Of a DNA stretch of 64,000 bases, positions 42,179 to 54,110 are shown piece after piece (positions within the stretch are counted from its first letter, which is position 1; every line of letters starts with the position of its first letter). The stretch comes from Tubiluchus corallicola. Its lineage: Eukaryota; Animalia; Priapulida. The stretch spans positions 45,921-109,920 of the forward strand of contig JAQGDQ010000702.1 in NCBI GenBank assembly GCA_030141605.1, in the 5' to 3' direction. Below the pieces are notes generated by a model that had not been told where the DNA came from, did no database searches, and saw only the letters and a program-made list of their open reading frames with translations. A program made the translations under genes and the position numbers.

Positions 42179-45100
42179 ATGTTTCCTGCGAGCATTTGCC
42201 CATGTCGTCTACAGCATGCGTCTAAGAAATTTGGCATCACAAGCGTCGGGTGCCTTGCACGTCTCTTTGTGCGAAGGAAGCATCAAGACGCTAAGAAAAC
42301 GTTTCTGTACAGCATAGAAACACCTCCGGGCGAAAAGAAATGCGTAACCAACGAAATTCCTTCTGCCTACCAACCTCAATACGTCGAGGCGGCTTGGTAC
42401 GATTGGTGGACAAAGAAAGGCTTCTTTGCCATGAGCCATGAGGAATGCGCCGAAAAGGGCAAAGACATATTCACAATGGTCATACCTCCGCCCAACGTGA
42501 CCGGAACACTTCATCTCGGACATGCACTTACCGTTGCCATCAGTGACTCCATAGTACGGTGGAACCGGATGAATGGCAAGAGAACGCTGTGGATTCCTGG
42601 ATGTGATCACGCAGGTATTGCTACGCAGGTGGCCGTTGAGAAACAGCTAGAAAAAGAGAGGAATGTTTCACGACATGACCTCGGTCGGGAAAAGTTCCTC
42701 AAGGAAGTATGGAAATGGAAGGAAAAGAAGGGTAATAATATTTATGAAGAACTAAGACGATTGGGGTGCTCGTTGGACTGGAGCCGCGCATGTTTTACAA
42801 TGGACAGCAAGCTGTGTGCAGCAGTGACCGAAGCATTTGTACGTTTGCACCGGGAAGGTTTAATCTACAGAAAAACTAAACTGGTTAATTGGTCTTGCCA
42901 CCTAAAATCGGCAATATCAGACATCGAGGTCGACAGTGTTCCGCTCGAAGGCAGGCAGTTGATATCCGTACCTGGTTATGAGAAGAAGGTGGAGTTTGGG
43001 ACGCTGACACACTTTGCTTACCACGTAGTTGACTCTAGTGAAGAAGTGGTGGTTGCGACAACCAGAGTAGAAACAATGCTTGGCGATGTGGCACTCGCGG
43101 TGCATCCTAACGACGAGCGATATAAACACCTGCATGGCAAGTTCGTGCGGCATCCCTTCTGTGATAGACTTCTTCCGATCGTAGCGGACGAGCACGTGGA
43201 TCTAAGCTTCGGAACGGGTGCTGTTAAGGTAACACCTGCTCACGATCTCGACGATTACAATATTGGACAAGCGCACAACCTTGACGTGGTGACCGTCATA
43301 GGCGAAGACGGTCGGATTTGTGGTGATGCTAGTCAATTTGTGGGGATGCGACGTTTTGACGCAAGACTTGCGGTAACGAATGCGCTAAAGGAAAAGGGAC
43401 TCTTTAGAAAAGTGGAAGACAATCCGATGACTTTGCCAGTTTGTAGCAGATCGGGTGACGTAGTCGAGTACCTTCTCAAACCCCAGTGGTTCCTTAATTG
43501 CCAAGACATGGCAAGACATGCGGTCAAGGCTGTTCAGTCTGGACAACTAGAAATAATACCAGACAGATTCAGAAAGTTGTGGTTTGACTGGCTGGATAAC
43601 ATCCAGGACTGGTGTATATCAAGACAGCTTTGGTGGGGTCACAGAATCCCTGCTTACCGTGTCGTTCACCCGGCGTCGAGCAACAATGAAATATGGGTGA
43701 GTGGGAGGTCAGAACAAGATGCAAGAGCCGAGGCAGCTAGACAGTTAAAAACCGGCGCTGAAAGCATCGAACTGGTTCAAGATGGCGACGTTCTCGATAC
43801 CTGGTTTTCCTCTGCCCTATTTCCTTTTTCCGTCTTTGACTGGCCCAGACGTACGGGTGATTCGGACCTGCTTAAATATTACCCACTGTCCCTGATGGAG
43901 ACGGGGCATGATATTTTGTTCTTCTGGGTGGCACGCATGGTGATGTTGGGAATAAAACTCACGGGAACGCTCCCGTTTAACAGGGTTTTACTCCACGGCA
44001 TCGTCAATGATACTCACGGCCGCAAAATGAGCAAATCTTTAGGCAACGTGATTAATCCCATGGACGTAGTGGACGGGATTACTCTAGATTCGCTCCATCA
44101 GCAACTTCTGGACAGCAATTTGTCCCCGAAGGAAATAGAGAAGGCCAAGCAAGGCCAGAAGAAGGACTTCCCTGATGGCATTCCTCAGTGCGGTGCCGAC
44201 GCATTGAGATTTTCTCTGTGTGACCATAACATCAAATCGCACCTTATTAACATCGACGTTACACATATCAACAGCTACCGTCTGTTCTGCAACAAGATAT
44301 GGCAAGCGTTCAGGTTCATGTTGAATGCCATTGACACGAAATTTTTCTCACATCGTTTACAAGACGTCCTGCATCATTCAAGTCCTGTCGACCGGTGGAT
44401 TCTGAGCCGTCTAGCGGCCATGGTGTCTACAGTGAACGGGTCATTTGCGTCGTATGATCTTCACAACGCAACGAAAGCACTGCAGCGGTTTTGGCATGGG
44501 GAGCTGTGCGATGTATACCTAGAGTGCGTGAAACCTGTTCTGCGTGGAAACGACGAAAATGCATCACTTCTTGTTCGGTTAGTTCTGTACGAGTGCATCG
44601 AGACGGGACTTCGTGCAATTTCGCCATTCATGCCGTACATATCCGAGGAACTGTATCAGCGGTTACCGCCTCGTGGCACCAATGAAACGGTCGAGAGCGT
44701 TTGTATTGCGAGCTTTCCAAAGATTGACCAGTACGTCCAGTACAAAAACGAAACAGTCGAACAGCAAATGGAGCCGGTGGAAAGAATAGTACGGTCTGTG
44801 CGCAGCGTAAGAAGGGACTACAATCTCAAGAAAATGAAGCCAGATATTTACATCAATGTCGAAGATGAACAATTACAAAGTGACTTAAAACATTTTGTCT
44901 CTACAATAGAAACTTTATCGCTTTCCCGGTCAGTGAAAATTCAAGCACTGACAGACAGAGTCCCAGATTTTTGCTCGTACGTTATTTTAGACCAGAAGTG
45001 TCACGTTTACGTTGATCTGGAGGATCTCATCGATCTCGACAAGGAAAAGGAAAGCCTGGAGAAGAGATTAGACAAACTACGGGACCGTTTAGAAAAACTG

Positions 45101-45253
45101 CAACGGCGGATGGCGGAGAAAAACTACGAAAGGCGAAAACCGGAATACAGACAACAAACGGAGCAGAAGGCGAAGCAGCTGGAGACAGAAATGAGTCAAG
45201 TTAGAAGTGCATTTGCTAATTTGGAGAAAATACGTGGTTTAAGCTCTAGCTGA
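42179..45253 (+). CDS. VARS2: Valyl-tRNA synthetase, probably mitochondrial, single-exon CDS
   Basis: First in-frame ATG at 42179, after an in-frame stop at 42149. Contains PPPNVTGTLHLGH, DHAGIATQ, DWCISRQLWWGH, KMSKS, GADALRF and a C-terminal coiled coil. The short basic N-terminus resembles a transit peptide. ValRS identity is certain; mitochondrial versus cytosolic is inference. Confidence 0.88.
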   Translation: MFPASICPCRLQHASKKFGITSVGCLARLFVRRKHQDAKKTFLYSIETPPGEKKCVTNEIPSAYQPQYVEAAWYDWWTKKGFFAMSHEECAEKGKDIFTMVIPPPNVTGTLHLGHALTVAISDSIVRWNRMNGKRTLWIPGCDHAGIATQVAVEKQLEKERNVSRHDLGREKFLKEVWKWKEKKGNNIYEELRRLGCSLDWSRACFTMDSKLCAAVTEAFVRLHREGLIYRKTKLVNWSCHLKSAISDIEVDSVPLEGRQLISVPGYEKKVEFGTLTHFAYHVVDSSEEVVVATTRVETMLGDVALAVHPNDERYKHLHGKFVRHPFCDRLLPIVADEHVDLSFGTGAVKVTPAHDLDDYNIGQAHNLDVVTVIGEDGRICGDASQFVGMRRFDARLAVTNALKEKGLFRKVEDNPMTLPVCSRSGDVVEYLLKPQWFLNCQDMARHAVKAVQSGQLEIIPDRFRKLWFDWLDNIQDWCISRQLWWGHRIPAYRVVHPASSNNEIWVSGRSEQDARAEAARQLKTGAESIELVQDGDVLDTWFSSALFPFSVFDWPRRTGDSDLLKYYPLSLMETGHDILFFWVARMVMLGIKLTGTLPFNRVLLHGIVNDTHGRKMSKSLGNVINPMDVVDGITLDSLHQQLLDSNLSPKEIEKAKQGQKKDFPDGIPQCGADALRFSLCDHNIKSHLINIDVTHINSYRLFCNKIWQAFRFMLNAIDTKFFSHRLQDVLHHSSPVDRWILSRLAAMVSTVNGSFASYDLHNATKALQRFWHGELCDVYLECVKPVLRGNDENASLLVRLVLYECIETGLRAISPFMPYISEELYQRLPPRGTNETVESVCIASFPKIDQYVQYKNETVEQQMEPVERIVRSVRSVRRDYNLKKMKPDIYINVEDEQLQSDLKHFVSTIETLSLSRSVKIQALTDRVPDFCSYVILDQKCHVYVDLEDLIDLDKEKESLEKRLDKLRDRLEKLQRRMAEKNYERRKPEYRQQTEQKAKQLETEMSQVRSAFANLEKIRGLSSS

Positions 45254-46538
45254 ACTTAAAACTGCACGTTTTCGTGATAACGTGCAAGTAGAAACAACGT
45301 GTCTATAGGTAATGACAGTCATAGCAGTTCTCTCAATATTCATGGTTTTGCCGCTGCGTCTCACAATTAACTGTGTCACCGAATGCTTGATCTTCTCAGG
45401 GTGAATTAAAAATCAAATAAATTTTGATTTTATTAAATAAAACTAAAAATGCCACCACATCCAAATAGCCTCTCTGACAAGCTCATTTTGCACTGGAAAC
45501 AAATTTCTTAAATGTGCGACTGTTTTGAATCACCAGAGTTAGTACAAAACCGTTTCAACATTTAACTACATCAGTACAACTTTTTGCAAAAAACTCCTTC
45601 AGCGCCACCAAGGAGATAAAACCTGCGAATAAAATCTCCAGACCAGTTAAATTTTTTCAACAATCTCTAGATTTGTTGTCTCCTGTAGCTGAGAGGTCAG
45701 TCACAGGACCTGTATTGTGATCAATCCTGTGACCGGACCAGTGGTCAATGGTTGCATGAGCAGTACTACTACAAGGCTAGGTGCAACAATGTATCGAATG
45801 ACAATTTACTTTTGTTCTAGGACATTTTATCGGTGACTGACAACGTTCAACGATTTTCAATGACATAAATGATGAACTAAAAACAACTCAGCCAATTCAA
45901 AGTTTTAAAAAGAAACATAGAGCAGTGATTTTCAATAAATACAATACACCTACTGCGGCAGTCATATCACAATCCTGGTACAGATAATACAAACAAGACA
46001 TCATTGATAAATCTGTAGAACTGATGTAAACATCACACAATCTACTGTCTTTCTTCCTACTATTTCCACTAACTCATCATTCTTCCTGTCCTGTGTGATC
46101 TAACGTTTCTCCCTGTCCTTTTTTGTTCACTCATCCATTTTTTTTTATCTGTGGTTGCTTTTCTAACCCACTGCAGTACAATTATTCTTTTATGATAGTG
46201 ATAATGTATGAAGCATAAATTTTCACAGAATGATGTAACAATTTTGATAGTTTGTCACTATGTATTGAATGTCACTATATTGTACTGAATGGATCATAAT
46301 AAAATTTCAAACTTCGCGTATCTTATCAAGTTGGATGACCGGACTGTCATTTGAATTATAAGTGAAGTAAATTTAACTCTCATTTGCGGCATTTAATGCA
46401 AAAAAGCAGAGGAAAATATAGTTTATGTATTTAAAACAATGTAGTTTATCTATTTCAAACTATGTAGTTCACAGTATGTAGTAGTTTATGTATTTTAAAC
46501 TTTTGTGTACTGCACTACTACTTGTAAACTAGTGGATA

Positions 46539-46633
46539 CAGTAGGCGCTGCTTAACAGACCCGTTCCAGGCGTTTCTGAGTCAATTAAGCGATTGACTCT
46601 ATTAACCGTGAGTCTATTAAGCGGCGCCTGCTG
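46539..46633. mobile_element. Tiny Tc1/mariner-pogo-type MITE
   Basis: TA|cagtaggcgctgcttaa ... ttaagcggcgcctgctg|TA. Confidence 0.65.
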
Positions 46634-46989
46634 TATTTCAGTTGTTAAACTCGTCAATGAAATTGACATAGTAGCAAAAACTAAGAATAAAATGGTGGCA
46701 TCATTGTTAAAAAAAGATTTATTTTATCTTCACATTATAATGAACCAACCACAATGCCAAAAATGAAAACTCATCAATTACCAATTTCAAATTCAAATTT
46801 GTTAAATTTAAGTTGATTATTCACAGTTCAGAGGTGGATAATCTTACAAATGTCCCATGCAGTTGGCGAATCAAACCCGAAGATTTTTAGAGAAGTGTTT
46901 AATATCGAGATATTCACGTGGGAGAGGGGGTGGTCGCAGCAAAGGACCACAGAGCCCCAGGTCAATTTTGTTAGAATTTTCGCCACTTA

Positions 46990-47476
46990 CAGTCAACCTC
47001 GGGTACAAGGTACTTGCTCCTAATGGACATTTGCTTATAAGGGACCACCAACACCAGTCCCAATTTTTCGTAACCTTTTTCCTATGTAAAAATCTTTGTA
47101 TATAAAGTACTCTGATATAAGAGACTTTTGGTTATAAGGCGCGATACCTTCAGGTCCCGCATAATAGAAACCCAGGTAAATTACCTCGCATATAAAGGAC
47201 CCAATGATCAAAGTAAAATTGATCGATTTTTATCCTCAATTTTTCTCAAACGGCTTGGTTTCCATGGTTACATACATCTCTCATCGCTGACGGAGCTTCC
47301 TACACGCCATTTGTACTGAATGTGTAACAATAATCCATAAAAATATGTGTAAAAGTGCATAAAAATACAGGTATAGCTACGCCCTCGGTCTGACTCAACT
47401 TCAGCTATAAGGGACATCGGATATAAGGGACGGTTTTTTCCGGTCCCGAGGTGTCCCTCATATCCGAGGTTGACCG
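46990..47476. mobile_element. pogo/Tigger-like MITE
   Basis: TA|cagtcaacctcgg ... ccgaggttgaccg|TA, with subterminal cttata/tataag repeats. Confidence 0.75.
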
Positions 47477-47737
47477 TACATTCCAATGTGCTAAAATCAA
47501 AATTATGCTACACATTATTCTTCCAGAATGGACCCACTTTGGCACATCGCAATATCAAACTTTACGAAGGAATAAGGAAAATTTACGTAAAATCAAGATG
47601 ATACATGTTTAATTGACGATTTACAATCCGTACAATTACAATTACAAGTTACATAACAATGCAATGAAGTGTGCAAAAGAGCAACTGAATAAACAGGTGT
47701 AATCGATACGAGACAGCTGAACGTTTCATGAAAACAG

Positions 47738-48450
47738 CATGGATCAGTCAAATCCACGGATACAATGCTACATGGATGCTGCCCATCCCACATGGATCAG
47801 TCAAATCCATGGATGCTGCCCATCCCACATGCATCAGTCAAATCCACGGATACAATGCTACAAGTATGCGGCCCATTCCACATGGATAAGTCAAATCCAC
47901 GGATACAATGCTACATGTATGTGGCCCATCCCACATGGATAAGTCAAATCCACGGATCCAATGCTACATGTATGCGGCCCATTCCACATGGATAAATTAA
48001 ATCCACGGATCCAATGCTACATGTATGCGGCCCATCCCACATGGATCAGTGAAATCCACGGATACAATGCTACATGGATGCTGCCCATCCCACATGGATC
48101 AGTTAAATCCACGGATACAATGCTACATGTATGCGGCCCATTCCACATGGATCAGTCAAATCCAAGGATACAATGCTACATGTATGCGGCCCATTCCACA
48201 TGGATCAGTCAAATCCACGGATACAATGCTACATGTATGCGGCCCGTCCCACATGGATCAGTCAAATCCACGGATACAATGCTACATGTATGCGGCCCAT
48301 CCCACATGGATCAGTCAAATCCATGGATGCTGCCCATCCCACATGGATCAGTCAAATCCACGGATACAATGCTACATGTATGCGGCCCATCCCACATGGA
48401 TCAGTCAAATCCACGGATACAATGCTACATGTACGCGGCCCATCCCACAT
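47738..48450 (-). repeat. 53-bp minisatellite (12 full units + 2 short 37-bp units) built from the ATR stop-codon region
   Basis: The minus-strand unit atgtgggatgggccgcatacatgtagcattgtatccgtggatttgactgatcc equals the last ATR codons (VGWAAYM*) plus 27 nt of 3' UTR. Confidence 0.93.
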
Positions 48451-48484
48451 ACATTTGACAAAGGTTGCTCTCGTCTGTTGCTTC
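48425..48484 (-). CDS. ATR: ATR last coding exon (FATC end)
   Basis: tttacag| then EATDESNLCQMYVGWAAYM* (TAG); matches the ATR C-terminus EATDENLLCQMYLGWTPYM. Confidence 0.93.
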   Translation of the reverse strand, partial: EATDESNLCQMYVGWAAYM

Positions 48485-49197
48485 CTGTAAAAAAATACAA
48501 TCGTAGAAACAAAAATTCAGGAATGTCTATCCCAATTATTTGAAATTAAAATGGCATTGAAAAGGGAAACAGCCAAAATGGATAGAAAAAAGAATTGCAG
48601 TTGCTAATGAAGAACTGACTAATCTGGCTAAATGACGGGTGCTGACATCTATACACGAAAACCAGAAACACTAAAAACAGGGATGAGAATGACAAATTGC
48701 AAAAAACTCTGAAACAGGCCGGAGGTTTGGGGGCCGCGTAAAGCAAAGCCCCCCTTGGAGCCAGCAACAAATTGCAATTTTGTGACCATAGAGAGCCTCT
48801 AAGTGGACTTAAAATATCAGTTACCTTGTTTCAAGCATAATTTAAAATACCCAACTATCAAGGATACATGATACCTAATTGACTCAAAAACGCCTAAGTA
48901 CTGGCCGCTCCAATGCAAAAGTATATAAAAACTGTCTGCAATAGACTCAAATAACTCCGCACAATTGATTCTATATTTTTATACACAGAGATATACACGT
49001 GGTTACATTGATGTACGTGATGTAAACAAAGTGACGGCCTGCCAACTAGCGGTCAGCTTGTGAAATAATGTACTGGGTCCTTTCTCAACGAATTTATGCA
49101 ATTTACAAAAACGGCACTACTGGTCTTCCAAAAACTCGGAATTCTGCGTATCCACAAAAAATTCTCATTCCTGTAAAAAGCTAAATAGCACACTCAC

Positions 49198-49314
49198 CTG
49201 TATGAGGTAATTCACTTGGCCCTCTATGGACAGAGGCAGGCCATATGGTTTGTTCCTGAGCGTTTTAATAACACCTTGTAGTCGTTTCTCTATATCATTG
49301 ATCTGAGTCAGTGC
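49198..49314 (-). CDS. ATR: ATR exon (PRD/FATC start)
   Basis: caacag|ALTQINDIEKRLQGVIKTLRNKPYGLPLSIEGQVNYLIQ|gtgagt. Confidence 0.93.
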
Positions 49315-49379
49315 CTGTTGAATAGAAAGAAAGATGTTATCATTCACATGTCAAATATAAAAGCTAAGGACACAGCAAA

Positions 49380-49855
49380 TATTTGTTTGCTTGCATAGCA
49401 AAATGCTCGTCCATAAGTCGGCAATTAACGTTTTCTGGTTATTCACATATCCTGAATCTCCATTTCATGAAGATCGTTTTCATACCAAGTTCAACGCTCT
49501 ATGTTATTTCTAAGCTGAGATAATCCATGCTGAAGTTGAGGTGGGTTTGTGTGTGCTTGCATAGGAAAATCAGCAATTAAGCTTTTCTACATATTCAAAT
49601 ATCCTGAATCTCCATTTCATGAGGATCATTTTGATACCAAGTTCATCACTCTATGTTATTTATAAGCTGAGATAAACCACGTTGAAGTCGAGGTCCGTTT
49701 GTGTGTGCTTGTATAGCAAAATCATTCATAAGTCGGCAATTAAGCTTGTCTAGCTATTCATATATCCTGAATCTCCATTTCATGAGGATCATTTTGATAC
49801 CAAGTTCATCACTATGTCATTTCTAAGCTGAGATAATCCACGTTGAAGTTGAGGC
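49380..49855. repeat. ~155-bp tandem repeat x3 (dispersed element family)
   Basis: attcacatatcctgaatctccatttcatgaggatcattttgataccaagttc recurs at ~49441, 49592 and 49756. Confidence 0.88.
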
Positions 49856-50799
49856 GCACGCAGCACACTGGAAAGCATAATCTTGGGAAAATCACTGTTA
49901 AAGTTAGTTATCGTTTTTGTAACGTTTCTACAAAACACTTAGCAACAGTACGAGCAGGTGGTTGCTATGGACTTTGCTAGAGCGCGCTAAACTTGCGTTT
50001 AAATCCAGTAGATGGCTCTTACTGACGAAGATATGAGCTTGGCAAGAGAGAAAACCCGAAGCGAAATAACTGCATATGAGTTACTATTGGGGTTTGAAAA
50101 TACGAGTTTTTTCACAATTTCAGTGCTAGTTTCTAGCCGGAGAAGTTGGTACGGGGTTATAAAACTAAATTTTTAGTATTTTTAAAACTTCCTTGATAAT
50201 TTGATGCTAAAATATAAAAATATAAAAGTTTATAAAAAACAAAAATTTGACATTTGAAATTTTTTTGGTACTTCATAACGTAGTTTTAACTATGCCAACA
50301 TATGGACGGTTTTGGTTTGCAAGCACACATTTTATCTTTTAGGTCAAAATAGCTACTTTCAAACTGAAATTTAAACCAAGAAATGTGTTTAAGATTATGG
50401 GGATTATTTAGAGTTGCTTATTTAACGCCATGATGCAAAATTCATGGCACAAATTACAGCGCTTCCTGATGCTAATCGATAGCGATTCTGACGTTCATAG
50501 CTGACAAAATACAGACAAACACACGGACTGGAATTACATTTCTCACCAATTAAAACGTCAAAATGTAGTTTGTTACTAAAACTCCGCCAAGGTTAGAATT
50601 TTTCCCCATTCAAAGTCGTCGCTTTTGCCTATTACCTGGACATGCGGACAGTTCTAAACCCTCCTCTTGCTTGTCTAATGTCATTTCAATTCAATAAGCT
50701 TTTTTCTAGGAAAATTTTATGTTTTCAGTGAAAATTTGGTTTAAACATAATTTATTGAAGACATCAGACTAGGTTTGAAACAGACAGTTTTACATATAT

Positions 50800-51052
50800 G
50801 TTCTATACTCAAGCATGTTCAGAATCATTAAAAACTTCGCCAAGAGATGGCGCCACACCAGTGCACAGAACCCCGGAAAACCGCACAAATATAGAGATAC
50901 AATTTTCGATAAACATAACAACATTCCAAACCATCATGTGTTATTTAACAGAAGAGTCTAATTGCCACACTCAAGTACGTTCAGAATCATTAAAAACCTC
51001 ACCAAGAGATGGCGCTACACCATGGCGCAGAATCTCGGAAAACTGCACAAAT
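50800..51052. repeat. ~162-bp repeat family in ATR introns; also 52578-52946 (same orientation) and 54283-54560 (inverted)
   Basis: The core tgttcagaatcattaaaaacctcgccaagagatggcgccacaccagtgcacag is shared. Confidence 0.88.
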
Positions 51053-52272
51053 ATATATATATATATATATGATATATGTTCTCCCCTAGTGGGAGCGAAA
51101 TGCTAGACAGATGCAGAACAATGGTGACCACAAGGTACAAAAATGTTGAATAATGATGAACATTACTATGTAACAACAGTAACAAAGTTAATACTAGTTA
51201 AAGTGCTTGGTGTTGGAAATAAAAGACTGCACTGAAACAAAAATTGGAATAATTTGTAATGTAAATGTAATATGATAATAAAACATATTGTTTTGGATAT
51301 AAGCACGTGGTGCCTCCTTGTGTTTGTTTTTTGCAAATTTAGGCTGTTGATAGACAGGTGAGCTAGGACAGGAAATAGGCCATTGGCCTCATTTTGCAGA
51401 CAGGATAGGAAAGAAGTGATTCTTGTTCAGTAAGTCGTGACATTTTATAACAAAATTTTGTCAGTCGAGTTCTCTTTAGCAAGTTAGTAAGATGCGGCAA
51501 AGATGTAAGTTTGATTTCTTCATATTTCATAATATTATTACACATTTTCATTATAGCAATTAATTATCTTTTTGAAGTTGGATTAGCAGAAAATGTTTTT
51601 ATTTGCTTCAGATAAAACGAAGTCGAGTCGCACATAATATGTCAGTCAGTCAAATATGTCATGATGTGATAGTGATTTTGGGACGAGACGATGAGTGCCC
51701 ATTTTGGACAATAAAAAATCATAAATTACATCTAAGACTGTTGGATTTGCATGTAGCGCATGTCGCGCACACATAGTATATATATATATATATATATACA
51801 TAATAGTATTTTATATATATTATATTATTACTAATTACATGTATTACATAAAGCATCATCAGCTATTAAGTGATATGATAAATATGCACATCTCAAACAG
51901 CAGCCTCACATTGTAGCCAAATAATAAATCAGTTAGTTTATTCATTCACAGCACAAAATAAGCCTTTTCACAGTTTCGTTGTGTGCGCACGCAGTTGCTG
52001 TAGGGTCAAAGTTAAGGGTACGTCACATGACATGTGGGAAAACCAAAGTCGTCTGCCGCATGAGTTCGGTAACTTCAGTTGTTTTACGTGGATTCTATTT
52101 AATTTTTCAATATGCCACAAAATTTGATCAAGTAAACAGAATTATCTAGGGCGTGGTTGCCGAGTGAAAATTTAAGCATAGATTGCTGCAGTAAACAGAC
52201 CCACCCGGCCGCCTAACTAATCAATTTCACACAATTCTAATCTCGGTGAAAAAAAATCAATAATATTCGTAC

Positions 52273-52464
52273 GAGAGTGTTATGAATCTCGCCCGTCTCC
52301 GACGATCCTCCGGCTTTGTTTTTTCGGTTCTGCTTGGTCCACTCCACCAGCGGGTCATAGATAAACGTCTTCAGCACGCTGAGGAGGGTGTCCGCCTGTT
52401 GTCGCATGACTCTCATCGTGGATTCGCAGGATTTCCGGAATATTCCCTCGACCCGCATTGGTCC
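52273..52464 (-). CDS. ATR: ATR kinase-domain exon
   Basis: ttacag|GPMRVEGIFRKSCESTMRVMRQQADTLLSVLKTFIYDPLVEW...ETGEIHNTL|gtacga. Confidence 0.92.
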
Positions 52465-52950
52465 CTGTAAAAATGTTCGCAATGTAATGTTCTAGTAAGC
52501 GTTTTGTGGTCGAGAGCGAGCAGTGGAGGCATCTGGTGTCTAGTAAGTTGGTCTTTTAAGTTAGGGGTAAAATCATTCAATGTTCAGAATTATTAAAAAC
52601 TTCACCAAGAGATGGCGCCACACCAGCGCACAAAAGCTTGGAAAACCACACAAATACAGCGACACAATTTTCAGTAAATTAAAAACACTCCAAACCATCA
52701 TGTGTTATTTAACAGAAGAGCCTAGTTACTACACTCAAGTATGTTTAGAATCATTAAAAACCTCGCCAAGAGATGGCGCCACACCAGTGCACAGAACTTC
52801 AGAAAAAAGCACAAATATAGCGATACAATTTTCGATAAAATTCAAAACACTCCAAATGATCATGTGTTATCTAACAAAAGAGCCTAGTTACCACACTCAA
52901 GTATGTTCAGAATCATTAAAAACCTTGCCAAGAGATGGGACCACACTCAC

Positions 52951-53016
52951 CAGCGCATCCACCATGTTGTGAGTCAACCGGAAGGGAATCTTTTCCGGCC
53001 AATCAAATGTCTCGCC
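52951..53016 (-). CDS. ATR: ATR kinase-domain exon (activation loop)
   Basis: tttcag|GETFDWPEKIPFRLTHNMVDAL|gtgagt. Confidence 0.92.
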
Positions 53017-53735
53017 CTGAAACGAAAAACGAATACTACACGTAAATCTAGGGACTCCGAACTAAAAAACAAGTGCTCTCTGCCGACAAATATCAGCAAT
53101 GTTCAATAGGCAATGTGACGTTAAGAACTTTGAAAAGTTTGGGCAGAGAGCCAAGTGACAGAAAAGACAAAAATGCATGCATACGAAGTGAAGAAATTTG
53201 GAAAACACACAGGACTGCCGATAAAATTGGGGAAAAATGGCTAAAAAGTTTGAATTTGTTAAGTCCATGTATCACTCAGGAGAAAGGAAATAAAAGAGAG
53301 AGCTACAACAGGGTGGCGGCTCGTAGCTAAAATTACTGGGGGTGCTGCTTCGGAATATTTTTAACCATTGTTTTAATACTGTGTAAAACGAAACAAACAT
53401 CATGTAATTTTAATGTTGTAGTTTGTAATTGTAATTTTAAATAAACAAACATAGGAGAATTTATACATAAGCTTGATAAAATCTCAAGCAAAAATATTTT
53501 TGCTTACTAATAGCCTAAAATGTCGCAGTTTAAGCTTGATCAATTGACGGTAAACACGTGACAACTGACAACAAACTGTGTGAGCGACAGTACTTTATCT
53601 ATCTGGGCTCAGCATGTGCGCATGGGCGATAAGAAATCTTATTTCGGATGTTAAGACAATCACGAATGAAAACTTTGGCAACCCAAATTTCGCAAACAAA
53701 TCGCCGCCACGTGTTGAGCCGTGAAAAATACGTGC

Positions 53736-53889
53736 CTTGTTGAAAAGACAGTTGAAATCCACGTGCACGCAGTTGCCGTTCTTCGCGTCGAACAGAATGT
53801 TTTCTCCGTGTCTGTCGCCGAGGCCAACAATATAACCGACCATGCTCATAACTGCTGATGTGTGGGCGTAAGATGTCCGTGCCATGTAC
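53736..53889 (-). CDS. ATR: ATR kinase-domain exon (catalytic loop)
   Basis: cccag|(W)YMARTSYAHTSAVMSMVGYIVGLGDRHGENILFDAKNGNCVHVDFNCLFNK|gcacgt (GC donor). Confidence 0.93.
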
Positions 53890-54110
53890 CTGGGAAACAA
53901 AATTTAACAGTCAATATGAGTGTGTTTAAGCACTGCACAATACTAATTTAATACTCAGCTTTGGGGTGCCTGATTCGATAACTAATGTTTTTCCTCTCCC
54001 CTTTCCATTTCTTTAAATTCATACCTGTTTTTCTTTGTATTGTTATTGGGATGAAAACAAATGATTTTGACTCTCTAATTAACAGATTTTAATTAAAAGG
54101 CACGACTCAC

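Noticed and set aside
47739-48543. Plus-strand ORFs open in all three frames across the 53-bp array
   Set aside because: A consequence of a nearly stop-free repeat unit; the meaningful reading is the minus-strand ATR C-terminus.
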